In this document: in pieces, positions 26,975 to 35,497 of the stretch
Layout of the letters: the number at the start of each line of letters is the position of its first letter
Position numbering within the stretch: the stretch's first letter is position 1
NCBI GenBank assembly: GCA_964513975.1
Contig: CAZEON010000001.1
Coordinates: 1-57,287, forward strand
Length of the DNA: 57,287 nucleotides
From: an uncultured Candidatus Peribacteria bacterium
GTDB taxonomy: Bacteria; Patescibacteriota; Gracilibacteria; UBA4473
Direction of reading: 5' to 3'
Made by a program: the position numbers and the translations under genes
Notes under the pieces: generated by a model
What the model was told of the DNA's origin: nothing
The model's database searches: none
Seen by the model: the letters and a program-made list of their open reading frames with translations, nothing else

Positions 26975-27460
26975 ATGAAGATATTAGGTGTTGATCCTGG
27001 ATACGGGCTTTGTGGGTTTGCAATCCTGACCAAAGAGAAGGGGGATATGAAACTCGAAACGTTTGGGGTGATTAAAACAAAACCAAATACAAATTTCGCG
27101 GACCGACTTTTCGAAATCGCCAACGACTTCAAGGCGATTTTGGCGCAACACAAACCAGATGTGGTTTCGATTGAGGATTTATTCTTTGTTCAAAATGTTA
27201 CCACCGGAATCCAGGTGGCACAGGTGCGAGGGGTTCTTATTCTTCTCGCCCATGAGTACGGAGCTCAGATCATTGAACCCAAACCCGTCGAAATAAAACA
27301 GTGTTTTACGGGAAATGGACAAGCAAAGAAGCCGGATATGAAAAAAATGGCACAAATGATGTTCAAATTAGACAAAGTACCGAAGCTCGATGATGGTGTT
27401 GATGCGATAGCTGCAGCATTTTATGCGGGCCAGAACCTTGACTTCATACCAAATAAGTGA
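26975..27460 (+). CDS. ruvC: Crossover junction endodeoxyribonuclease RuvC
   Basis: MKILGVDPGYGLCGFAIL (catalytic Asp) plus later EDLFF and DAIAAA motifs. An alternative start is at 26966. Confidence 0.88.
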   Translation: MKILGVDPGYGLCGFAILTKEKGDMKLETFGVIKTKPNTNFADRLFEIANDFKAILAQHKPDVVSIEDLFFVQNVTTGIQVAQVRGVLILLAHEYGAQIIEPKPVEIKQCFTGNGQAKKPDMKKMAQMMFKLDKVPKLDDGVDAIAAAFYAGQNLDFIPNK

Positions 27461-27472
27461 TAAAATTAGTAA

Positions 27473-28591
27473 ATGGACAATCCATTCTCTGATTCTCCTC
27501 AAAAAACAGATGCTCCTGCCTCAAGTGTCGCTCCAAAAGCGCCAGTAAAAGGGACGGAGAATCCTTTTGAAAATCCTGATAAAGAGACGCCAGTGACCCC
27601 TGCGCCTTCAGTAGTTCAAACACCTGCATCAACTCAGGCGTCTGCTGAAGAGAAAAAGGAAGACATACAAGAAGAAGGAGAAGTGGTAGATGAGAAAGGA
27701 AATGAATTGCTTATCGAAAATGACGGAAATGTTTTTTGGATTTTTCAGAAAGTTGCGTGGAGTTTCCTCAAGATGGTGCTTGTTTTTGGAGTAATTGCGC
27801 TTTTGGCGTGGGTTATCTGGCGACCCGTGAATAATCCTTTCAATAAAATTCATCGTTCGATAAATGCAGAAGAAAGTGTAAAGAGAGAAACGAAAAAAGT
27901 GATTCCAGAAAAAAAGAAGGAACCACAAAAGAAAGTGGAGAAAAAAGTGGAGACGCCTGTGGGAACAAAAGAAGTACCAATAGCAAGTGTTCTTGCGGAA
28001 AACTATGCGTACAAAGCGAGCCTTTGGGCTGATTGGATGGAGAACACTCGGCAAGCACAAAATGCACAGATTCTTTCTCGATCACTCTATTGGGCGAAAC
28101 GAGCAGAAGGATTTTTTGATCTGACAACGGCAGATTTACTTTCTTCAGAAGATGCTGATGTGAGAGCGAAAAAGATCGATGGAACGCTTGGCGCGCTTCG
28201 AGGAATTCTTGAAGAATCAAAAGGAATTGTGATGACGTTAAATTCAGAACAGAGTCGAGCATCGGCACAATCACTAGCTTCGGAAGCGGAAATGCTCGAA
28301 TATGATCGACAGTTGTCGATGAGCATTGAAGTATTGGATGGGGATAGAGTAGAATATCTTTTGACGGAGAAATCTCGTTTGTACCAAGATTTTGTGACAC
28401 AAAAGACAAAGGTCACGGCGTATTATTACACGCTCAATCGTGTGCAGAGTTTGATTCCCATGTTACAGGGAATTCACGATAACATCCTTGCGAATCGCCA
28501 GGTTCTGATTGATAACGTACAGGTTGTGGGATTCCCACAGGATATGTTTCATCGGATTCTTACTCCAGCGGAGTGGCAGCAGATGCGATAA
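27473..28591 (+). CDS. Hypothetical single-pass membrane protein (disordered N-terminus, helical C-domain)
   Basis: 372-aa ORF with a transmembrane helix VLVFGVIALLAWVIW. No family was recognised. Confidence 0.5.
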   Translation: MDNPFSDSPQKTDAPASSVAPKAPVKGTENPFENPDKETPVTPAPSVVQTPASTQASAEEKKEDIQEEGEVVDEKGNELLIENDGNVFWIFQKVAWSFLKMVLVFGVIALLAWVIWRPVNNPFNKIHRSINAEESVKRETKKVIPEKKKEPQKKVEKKVETPVGTKEVPIASVLAENYAYKASLWADWMENTRQAQNAQILSRSLYWAKRAEGFFDLTTADLLSSEDADVRAKKIDGTLGALRGILEESKGIVMTLNSEQSRASAQSLASEAEMLEYDRQLSMSIEVLDGDRVEYLLTEKSRLYQDFVTQKTKVTAYYYTLNRVQSLIPMLQGIHDNILANRQVLIDNVQVVGFPQDMFHRILTPAEWQQMR

Positions 28592-28609
28592 TCTCTTCTC
28601 ATTCCATAT

Positions 28610-28711
28610 TGTCATTTCGATTCTCCGATTTTTCGAGGACAGGCTCTGCGGAGAAATCGCTTTTTTATCACACTCAAAAGAAGGGATTCCTCGATTGCGC
28701 TCGGAATGACA
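28610..28711. repeat. Inverted pair of TGTCATYCCG hairpin units (TGTCATTTCGA ... TCGGAATGACA)
   Basis: Read directly. Same family as 26820-26927 and the solo units at 23363-23390, 14657-14667 and 8245-8268. Confidence 0.7.
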
Positions 28712-28722
28712 AAGGGGGGAAT

Positions 28723-30417
28723 TTAAAAACACCACGGTTCTAGAAAAACGAGACCAATATTCTTTGATATTTTTTGTTTTTGATTTGAACTAAATTTATC
28801 TTTTTGAAATAACGTTCTTTGCAGTGGAGTATATTCCACAATTGCAACTGGGGAAGCGAAGGTTGAAAAATCAGTATAATCTTTCATGAGATTATTTGCA
28901 TCGATGGTGGCGAGGAAGTCAGCAAAAAAATCATCGGCTACTTCTCCTGTCTTCACCTCCGCATTGCGAGGGGCCTTGGTCAGTTCTTTCTCGATCCATT
29001 TTTTCAGACTACTGGTAAATGCACTTGGTGCACTCCCTGCGCCAACTTTGAATGGATCTTTTGTTAACGATTGTGTGAAGGTGTGCGTAGCGCCAGAATA
29101 ATCTTCAACAACGAGTGTCACCGTGAAGGCGTCTTTTTTTTCAAAGTTAAAATAAATCCGGTCGGGATTGGAACGCGTGGATTCCTCCTCGCAGGTCCGT
29201 TCTCCGATTCTGGTTTGTCGCCACTCCCAAAAATCCGTTGCATACTCCCCGCAGGATTTTCCATTCACTGTCCACTGATACTGCTTAATATCAAAACTTC
29301 CATTCGGATCGGTCGAGGTTAGCGTCGTCCCATCAAATCCCGTGAGATTGAGTGAAGTTTCATGGATTTTTGCTCCGCCCTGCACGAGGAATTTCGCGGT
29401 TGGGGTTTGATTTATCGTATTGGGGAAAGAGTTCTCAATTCCTCGTGAACCGAGATAGTGGTGCAGAAAATCAGTAGTTGTATCAGTGTCATTTCCATCA
29501 CGGGCAAAGGATTCGTTTTCCACTCGGTCTGTAATATTTATACACTCACCAGACCAGACGCCTTCGCCAATTTTCTTCTCAACTTCACTCGCGACAGACT
29601 GACTGATATTGCCCTTTTTCCAACAGACAAAATCCTCACTCACTTCCCAGCTCGTTCCTGCATAGAGGATAACTTCAAATGTTTCAGAGCCTCCTGAAAG
29701 ATCCGTTTCGATTATAATTAGCTCGTCATCTTCCACCAATAAATCAGAGGTCTGGAACAGTACTGTGCGCGGAGAGCTTTTTTTCTTGAGCTCCATATAT
29801 TTCAAATTTGCATCGCTTGAGACTCGCAGTTCTACAAAATTTCCATCGAGTGATACCTCATTGATTGATATCTCCACATCGTCCGGGAAAGTCGGCATTG
29901 AGTAATTCAAAAATCCCTTGGAATGGCGGAAATTGGGATCTCCACTGCTTTTATAAATCAAAGGAAAAACTTCATTCGTCGCATCTCGTCGGTTCCAGAT
30001 CTCGGCGTAGGGGAATCCTCCAGAGGTTCCCGACTTGGTATCGAGATAGGTCACTTCATCCAGTACTTCGTCGACATCATTCATAATCTGCACAGTGCCT
30101 CCACCGTTTGGGAGACTCAGAGGGGATTGTGTCCATGAGAAATACGCAATTTCCCCTTCAGGAGTAAAGACAAGTTCTTCACTCAGCACTCCTTCAGAAT
30201 GAAGCGTCAGTCGATCCGCATAATCAGAAAACAATTTCTGTGTCGTGCCGTTTGAAATTTTCCAGTTCGCCAGAGAGACCTCTTCACTCGATTGCACCGT
30301 AAACTCAAACCACTCCTTCTCATCGCCAACAGTGGCGGGGGAGATTTCGGTGATTCTTACTTCAGCAAAACAGAGGCAGGGAATCAGTATTCCGAACAAA
30401 AATACGCGGGGGGTCAT
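28723..30417 (-). CDS. Secreted protein with an N-terminal lamin-tail domain (LTD) and beta-rich repeats
   Basis: Signal peptide, then RITEISPATVGDEKEWFEFTV...LANWKISNG (LTD pattern). A PKD-like segment lies near QYQWTVNGKSCG. Confidence 0.6.
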   Translation of the reverse strand: MTPRVFLFGILIPCLCFAEVRITEISPATVGDEKEWFEFTVQSSEEVSLANWKISNGTTQKLFSDYADRLTLHSEGVLSEELVFTPEGEIAYFSWTQSPLSLPNGGGTVQIMNDVDEVLDEVTYLDTKSGTSGGFPYAEIWNRRDATNEVFPLIYKSSGDPNFRHSKGFLNYSMPTFPDDVEISINEVSLDGNFVELRVSSDANLKYMELKKKSSPRTVLFQTSDLLVEDDELIIIETDLSGGSETFEVILYAGTSWEVSEDFVCWKKGNISQSVASEVEKKIGEGVWSGECINITDRVENESFARDGNDTDTTTDFLHHYLGSRGIENSFPNTINQTPTAKFLVQGGAKIHETSLNLTGFDGTTLTSTDPNGSFDIKQYQWTVNGKSCGEYATDFWEWRQTRIGERTCEEESTRSNPDRIYFNFEKKDAFTVTLVVEDYSGATHTFTQSLTKDPFKVGAGSAPSAFTSSLKKWIEKELTKAPRNAEVKTGEVADDFFADFLATIDANNLMKDYTDFSTFASPVAIVEYTPLQRTLFQKDKFSSNQKQKISKNIGLVFLEPWCF

Positions 30418-30455
30418 GGGGATGATTTCACCTTTTTTGCGGAAAAAAAGAAAGA

Positions 30456-30484
30456 GGGGGATTTAAGGAAAAATTAAGAAATAA
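30456..30484 (+). repeat. Direct repeat 1 flanking the Fic cassette (GGGGATTTAAGGAAAAATTAAGAAATAA)
   Basis: A 22-nt perfect core, TTAAGGAAAAATTAAGAAATAA (30463-30484), recurs at 31752-31773. Confidence 0.8.
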
Positions 30485-30488
30485 TTTC

Positions 30489-30620
30489 TTATTCTAAAAA
30501 ACTTTTAAAATTAGAATAATAAAATTAATTATTCTAGGGTCTGGAATTAATCCTGTTTTTATTCTAGAAAATGCTTGCAAACTAGAATAATAACTATTAT
30601 GGTTCCAATGTTTAGAATAA
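30489..30620. promoter_or_regulatory. Array of six TTATTCTA(G/A) motifs, three forward and three reverse, upstream of the Fic gene
   Basis: Forward copies are at 30489, 30529 and 30559. Reverse copies (TAGAATAA) are at about 30512, 30582 and 30612. Forward-reverse pairs recur with 23-nt offsets. Confidence 0.55.
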
Positions 30621-30628
30621 CTATAAAT

Positions 30629-31726
30629 ATGACAAAACATTCATTCGATCCACCTTTGCTACCCCCAGAACTAAACCTTTCCCCTATCTTTTCTAAAATT
30701 ATAAAGGCAAGAGACATAGTGGCTCGCTATGATGAAGCTGTTAAAAGATTGCCAAATCCAGAAATTATTCAAAGATCTTTTGAAACTAAAGAAGCAGTTT
30801 TAAGTTCTAAAATTGAGGGAACACAGGCTACATTTGAGGAAGTTTTACTACTCGACGCTCAAGAAACCAAGTCAGAAGAAAATGAGAAAGAAAAAGATTA
30901 TCGTGAAATTTTAAATTACCGTTTTGCACTCAAGTACGGGAAAGATATATTGGCCCAAAAACCATTGATAGCAAGCGTTATAAAAGAGCTTCATAAGATA
31001 CTTTTAAATTCTGCTCGTGGACACAACAAAGCACCAGGTCAATTTCGAAAAAACAAAGTTTTTATCGGACCATATGGAGGAACTATTGAAGAGGCAACAT
31101 ATGTTCCTCCTGAACCACAAAAGATTCCAAACCTTTTTTCGAATCTTGAAAAATACATTCACTCAGAAGAAGTTCTTGATCCACTTGTACAAATAGCGGT
31201 TGCACATTATCAATTCGAAGCCATTCACCCGTTTATGGATGGAAACGGAAGGGTCGGAAGGTTGCTTATTCCATTATTTCTCTATGAAAAAAAAGTAACA
31301 GCGTATCCTAATATTTATATTAGTGAGTTCTTGGAAGAAAATCGAAGTGTTTATTATGAGCTACTGGGAAATGTAAGTAAAAACGGAGATTGGATACCTT
31401 GGATTTCCTTTTTTCTTGATGCAGTTTACGAACAAACAAAGCTTACTATTGAGCGTGTAGAAAAAATAGAAGCATTATATAAAGGGTTAAAAGAACGAAT
31501 GCCTGAAATTAACTCCATTTATGCCAACACATTTCTAGATGCTATTTTTATCAAACCAATATTTACAACAAACTTTATTAAAAAAATTGCAAAAATTTCT
31601 AACAATCAAACACTTTATTCTGTTATAGAAAAATTTGTTGAATTACAAATTGTCAGAGATGTGACTCCTAAACAAGTTCGTAATAAAGTTTATATTTTCA
31701 CTGATTTAAGAAAAATTATTAGATAA
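30629..31726 (+). CDS. Fic-family protein (Fic_N + Fic core + C-terminal winged-helix-like region), auto-inhibited class
   Basis: Active site HPFMDGNGRVGRLL and the inhibitory-helix motif SSKIEG ([ST]xxxE[GN]). The start was trimmed to ATG 30629. Confidence 0.88.
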   Translation: MTKHSFDPPLLPPELNLSPIFSKIIKARDIVARYDEAVKRLPNPEIIQRSFETKEAVLSSKIEGTQATFEEVLLLDAQETKSEENEKEKDYREILNYRFALKYGKDILAQKPLIASVIKELHKILLNSARGHNKAPGQFRKNKVFIGPYGGTIEEATYVPPEPQKIPNLFSNLEKYIHSEEVLDPLVQIAVAHYQFEAIHPFMDGNGRVGRLLIPLFLYEKKVTAYPNIYISEFLEENRSVYYELLGNVSKNGDWIPWISFFLDAVYEQTKLTIERVEKIEALYKGLKERMPEINSIYANTFLDAIFIKPIFTTNFIKKIAKISNNQTLYSVIEKFVELQIVRDVTPKQVRNKVYIFTDLRKIIR

Positions 31727-31742
31727 AACGATAAAAAAAATA

Positions 31743-31773
31743 GGGAGGGAATTAAGGAAAAATTAAGAAATAA
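31743..31773 (+). repeat. Direct repeat 2 flanking the Fic cassette
   Basis: GGGAGGGAATTAAGGAAAAATTAAGAAATAA. See 30456-30484. Confidence 0.8.
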
Positions 31774-31964
31774 AATATTGACACTTTTTGTAGAAAGTAC
31801 TAATAAACATAAGTACTCTCGTTTTTATTTGAAAAAATAAGAAACAAGGGGCAAGTGTTCTTTGAAATTTTCTTCTCTTTTTGTATCGAACAGATTCAGG
31901 TAATTGTTTTGCTCACAGCTCGTGGTCAGGAGAATTACTTGAATTAAAAATTAAATTTGAAATC

Positions 31965-32435
31965 ATGGAACAAAAACCAAAAATTAGAAACGTCTTAAAA
32001 CATCTTGGCATTATTTTACTTGCCATGGTGGTGGTTGGGTGCAGTTACTTCTTTATTATTAGGAAGCATCTTTTTGAGTTTGAACCTGCTCCACCAAAAA
32101 ACTATGTAATTGAATCTGACATCATCAATCATCGGCCTGTTAGTAAAGTAGCATTTTTTATTTCAATCGGTGCAGATAGCAGTATTGTAATATCGTGGAA
32201 ATCTTTTTTAAAAGATCCGGAGATAGCCTGGACAGAATCTTTTATGACAAGAAAAGATTTTAAGTATAAAAGTCTTCTTCAGATTGTTTTGAAAGAAAAA
32301 AAGGACACAGGTATTCGTCAATATATTGGATTTCGTGTTCAGGAGGTATTATGGGTATTAGATTCTATAACGATTATAACGAATGAAAATCGAACGGGAT
32401 ATCATAGTTCTTCTTCCATTTATAATTCTTATTAA
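31965..32435 (+). CDS. Hypothetical membrane-anchored protein
   Basis: 156 aa from ATG 31965, with an N-terminal transmembrane helix LGIILLAMVVVGCSYFFII. No family was recognised. Confidence 0.4.
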   Translation: MEQKPKIRNVLKHLGIILLAMVVVGCSYFFIIRKHLFEFEPAPPKNYVIESDIINHRPVSKVAFFISIGADSSIVISWKSFLKDPEIAWTESFMTRKDFKYKSLLQIVLKEKKDTGIRQYIGFRVQEVLWVLDSITIITNENRTGYHSSSSIYNSY

Positions 32436-32498
32436 AGAAGAAAAATTTAAAAAAACACTCAAAGCACTCTTTCTAGGGTGCTTTTTGTTATGCGAAGA

Positions 32499-33752
32499 TT
32501 ATCGTCTTCCTCCTCGTCGGAATCCACCTCTTCGACTCTGCGTAGGGCGAGTAGAGGGTCTGCTGAATTGTCTCGGTTTTGAAGATGACCTTTTCCCAGA
32601 TGTCTTGGGTGCAAAAGTTATATGAAAGGGATGCTCTTCGGTGATTGGGATTTGTTGATTGATGAGCTTGTGAATATCCTGAACAAAATCTCGTTCAGAT
32701 TCATCACAGAATGAAAGCGCGATTCCAGATCTTTCTGCACGACCCGTTCGTCCAATTCTGTGGACGTAGGTTTCTGGTTCATTTGGAATTTCGAAGTTGA
32801 TCACGTGAGAGAGTTCTTTGATATCAATTCCTCGGGCGGCGATATCAGTTGCCACGAGTACTCGGGTTTGATTTGATTTGAAGTTCTGCAGTGCTTTTTG
32901 TCGAGCATTCTGCGATTTGTTTCCGTGAATGGCTTCAGTTTTTATCCCTGAGACATTCATGAATTTTGCGAGTTTGTCCGCTCCATGCTTGGTTCGCGTG
33001 AACACGAGAGCAGAGGGAATAGCTGGGTCTTTGAGAACGTGACGAAGGAGATTTTTTTTATTTGCTTTTGCGACCATGTACATTTTTTGAGCCACCGTGT
33101 CTGCCGTTGGAGCATCAGGGGTCACTTCCACATGTACGGGATTCGTAAGCATGCTTCCCGCGAGCGTGATAATAGTCGGCGGCATTGTTGCCGAGAAAAA
33201 GAGAGACTGTCTCTTTGGGGGAAGTCTTTTAATAAGCTTCTTGATATCATGAATAAATCCCATATCGAGCATACGATCGGCTTCATCGAGGGTGAAAAAT
33301 TTCAAATTTTGCAAGGGAATATATCCTTGATTGCAGAGGTCGAGAAGTCGTCCTGGAGTGGCGATAACAATATCAACACCTTTTTTCAGTTTTCTCACTT
33401 GGGAGTGTTGCTTCACCCCTCCATAGATAACCGCGTGATCGAATCCCAGACCTTTTCCGTAATCAGTAAAACTTTCTCCAATCTGAATCGCGAGTTCTCG
33501 TGTAGGCGTGACAATGAGCACTTTTATGCCTCGTGGCCACTCTTTCGATTCCCGTTTTTTATACAATGTTTGGAGCATGGGAATGGCAAAGGCAGCGGTT
33601 TTCCCGGTTCCTGTTTGCGCACATCCCATGATGTCTCGTCCCTCTAGAATAGGCGGGATTGACTGCATTTGGATGGGCGTTGGTACGGTGTACCCTTTTG
33701 ATTTTATAGCACTCAGAATCGGTTCAATCAGGTGTAAGTTTTCAAATTTCAT
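32499..33752 (-). CDS. rhlE: DEAD-box ATP-dependent RNA helicase, RhlE-like, with an Arg/Gly-rich tail
   Basis: Motifs present: GYTVPTPIQ, AQTGTGKT, PTRELA, DEAD (TLDEADRM), SAT and HRIGRTGRAE. The tail is RRGGFRRGGRR. Confidence 0.9.
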   Translation of the reverse strand: MKFENLHLIEPILSAIKSKGYTVPTPIQMQSIPPILEGRDIMGCAQTGTGKTAAFAIPMLQTLYKKRESKEWPRGIKVLIVTPTRELAIQIGESFTDYGKGLGFDHAVIYGGVKQHSQVRKLKKGVDIVIATPGRLLDLCNQGYIPLQNLKFFTLDEADRMLDMGFIHDIKKLIKRLPPKRQSLFFSATMPPTIITLAGSMLTNPVHVEVTPDAPTADTVAQKMYMVAKANKKNLLRHVLKDPAIPSALVFTRTKHGADKLAKFMNVSGIKTEAIHGNKSQNARQKALQNFKSNQTRVLVATDIAARGIDIKELSHVINFEIPNEPETYVHRIGRTGRAERSGIALSFCDESERDFVQDIHKLINQQIPITEEHPFHITFAPKTSGKRSSSKPRQFSRPSTRPTQSRRGGFRRGGRR

Positions 33753-33850
33753 AGTAATGGACAGGGAGGGCAGTGTAACGAGTGTTCCTGCAAAAACCTA
33801 TCTTTCATAATATATACAAAAAATGTAAAGTGTCAAGAGAGTCAAGGTTG

Positions 33851-33879
33851 GGGTCCGGAGCCCGAAAGGCTCCGGACCC
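33851..33879. other. Perfect 12-bp GC-rich hairpin, GGGTCCGGAGCC-CGAAA-GGCTCCGGACCC
   Basis: Read directly. There is no flanking T-run on either strand. It sits between the rhlE start and tRNA-Gln. Confidence 0.8.
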
Positions 33880-33926
33880 TATCGAGCTTGAAATATTCCA
33901 AAAAAATACTACCCTGCGTTCGGCTA

Positions 33927-34000
33927 TGGGGCGTCGCCAAGTGGTAAGGCTCTGGTTTCTGGTGCCAGTATCGGGGGTTCGAATCCCTCCGCCCCAGCCA
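33927..34000 (+). tRNA. tRNA-Gln (anticodon CUG), CCA encoded
   Basis: Manual cloverleaf:
- acceptor TGGGGCG/CGCCCCA (a U1-A72 pair, as in E. coli tRNA-Gln)
- D arm GCCAAGTGGTAAGGC
- anticodon stem CTGGT/GCCAG with loop TTCTGGT
- T arm GGGGGTTCGAATCCCTC
- discriminator G plus CCA. Confidence 0.9.
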
Positions 34001-34021
34001 AAGAAATATTTTAGAAATTTT

Positions 34022-34507
34022 ATGAAGAATCCACTTATCGAAAAAACTGGTGAGCTATGGGTGAATTATCTTTCCTTAGAGTTAATAATTAGGTTCTGTC
34101 TCCAAATACAAGAATTCAAATCAAAGAAAGAATTGGATAGTACCTTTGGTTCTGCTTTGAAGTGTAAAGAGGGAGATGAGTTGGACGAAAATCATTTTAC
34201 TAATTTCAAAAACCCCACTGAGTTGATAAATTTGTTTAATGAAAAATTTCCTAAAGAATGCCTTGATAAAGATAGAATCTTGCGTATCCGTCATGCACTA
34301 GCGCACGGAAGAATGCTAGCTACGAACGAAGGCGGACCTTGGACGGTTTATAAATTTTCTCCACCAACCAACAACAGAGTTACTGCTGAAATTGTTCAAG
34401 TATTAGATGATGAATATCTCAAGAGCTCCATATGCTATTTTTATGATGAGATAAATAGGCTACATGGCATATATGAAAAACTCCGAAAAGATTATATTCC
34501 CAAGTAG
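34022..34507 (+). CDS. Hypothetical alpha-helical protein with an R-x4-H (HEPN-like) motif
   Basis: 162 aa from ATG 34022. The listed ORF start at 33782 runs through the tRNA gene and was trimmed. The motif is RIRHALAHGR. Confidence 0.35.
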   Translation: MKNPLIEKTGELWVNYLSLELIIRFCLQIQEFKSKKELDSTFGSALKCKEGDELDENHFTNFKNPTELINLFNEKFPKECLDKDRILRIRHALAHGRMLATNEGGPWTVYKFSPPTNNRVTAEIVQVLDDEYLKSSICYFYDEINRLHGIYEKLRKDYIPK

Positions 34508-34565
34508 CCAGCCATCCCATTTTATGGAATACGTATCCGGTTTTATGTTTTTATTAAAAAATCTT

Positions 34566-34622
34566 TTGACTTTTTCTTTGTATCTATGTATTAATGTGTG
34601 AGTACAAGACTACATAAATACA
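34566..34622 (+). promoter_or_regulatory. trp operon promoter (TTGACT-17 nt-TATTAA) overlapped by an 11-nt inverted repeat, TGTATTAATGT-N14-ACATAAATACA
   Basis: The -35 element is at 34566-34571 and the -10 element at 34589-34594. The inverted-repeat arms are at 34587-34597 and 34612-34622, matching 10 of 11 positions. Confidence 0.5.
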
Positions 34623-34624
34623 CG

Positions 34625-35497
34625 ATGCAACTTCTTCAAGATATAGAAACCATCCAGACCACCCAAAAACGCATAGGAGAAGCGCTTGAGAAGCTCTACT
34701 GCATGGGAGAATCTGTGTCTGATATTGTGCAAATAGTGCGGTTCCTCGAATCGCAAAAGGTTGTCGTTCCCACTCCCGAAGGTATGAAATTGTTTGATGT
34801 TTGTGGAACGGGGGGCACGAGGAAACAAAGAATGAATCTTTCCACAGCGCTTGCGGTAAAACTTTCAAAAGAGTTCTCTATTGCGAAACACGGAAACAAA
34901 TCAAGTTTGGGGCGATGTGGGAGTTTTGATATTATTGAACACTCCTCATTCCCGGCGTGCAAGACACCAGAGCAAACGCATGGAGAACTTCGGGATAAAA
35001 ATATTGCGTTTTTGTTTGCACCAGCGTTTCATCCAATACTCGGACTCCTTGTATCGGTTCGGAAGTCATTGCCCCATCCGACAATTTTTAATCTGGTCGG
35101 TCCATTGCTGAGTCCCATGAGCACTCTTACCGCTCAACTGATCGGGGTCAAAGATATTCCCACGGCCCGTAAACTGGCAGAAGCCTGTGCCGAGCTCGGG
35201 AAGGATGCGCTTCTGGTGCACGATACGGTCTTTGATCTGGATGAAGTTTCGATTGGGGGAGAAACGCATTATTTCAAAGTTATTAATGGGAACATTGAAG
35301 AAGGCACGTTTGTGCCGGAAGATTTTGGAATTGAGCGCGTGACAGATTTCACCCTTATAAAAGGCGGAGAAACAAAAGAACAAAATGTGCAGATGTTCCA
35401 ATCATTATTAGACGGAACAGCGACGTCTGCGCAACAAGCGTTCCTTGATATTAATTATCGTGTTGCGAAAGATTTCTTCTCTTCATTTCAACAATGA
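34625..35497 (+). CDS. trpD: Anthranilate phosphoribosyltransferase
   Basis: DVCGTGGTRKQRMNLSTA and KHGNKSSLGRCGSFDIIE match the GTGGD...N.ST / KHGNR..SS..GS.D motifs. An alternative TTG start is at 34598. Confidence 0.85.
   Translation: MQLLQDIETIQTTQKRIGEALEKLYCMGESVSDIVQIVRFLESQKVVVPTPEGMKLFDVCGTGGTRKQRMNLSTALAVKLSKEFSIAKHGNKSSLGRCGSFDIIEHSSFPACKTPEQTHGELRDKNIAFLFAPAFHPILGLLVSVRKSLPHPTIFNLVGPLLSPMSTLTAQLIGVKDIPTARKLAEACAELGKDALLVHDTVFDLDEVSIGGETHYFKVINGNIEEGTFVPEDFGIERVTDFTLIKGGETKEQNVQMFQSLLDGTATSAQQAFLDINYRVAKDFFSSFQQ

Noticed and set aside
33782-34021. The N-terminal 80 codons of the listed ORF 33782-34507
   Set aside because: This stretch runs straight through the tRNA-Gln gene and the GC hairpin. 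The ORF was trimmed to ATG 34022.
34508-34624. A Trp leader peptide, T-box, or TRAP (GAG/UAG triplet) site upstream of trpD
   Set aside because: The only small ORF there (MEYVSGFMFLL...) has no Trp codons. There is no terminator hairpin, no T-box sequence, and no array of spaced GAG/UAG triplets. The predicted 5' UTR is only about 25 nt.
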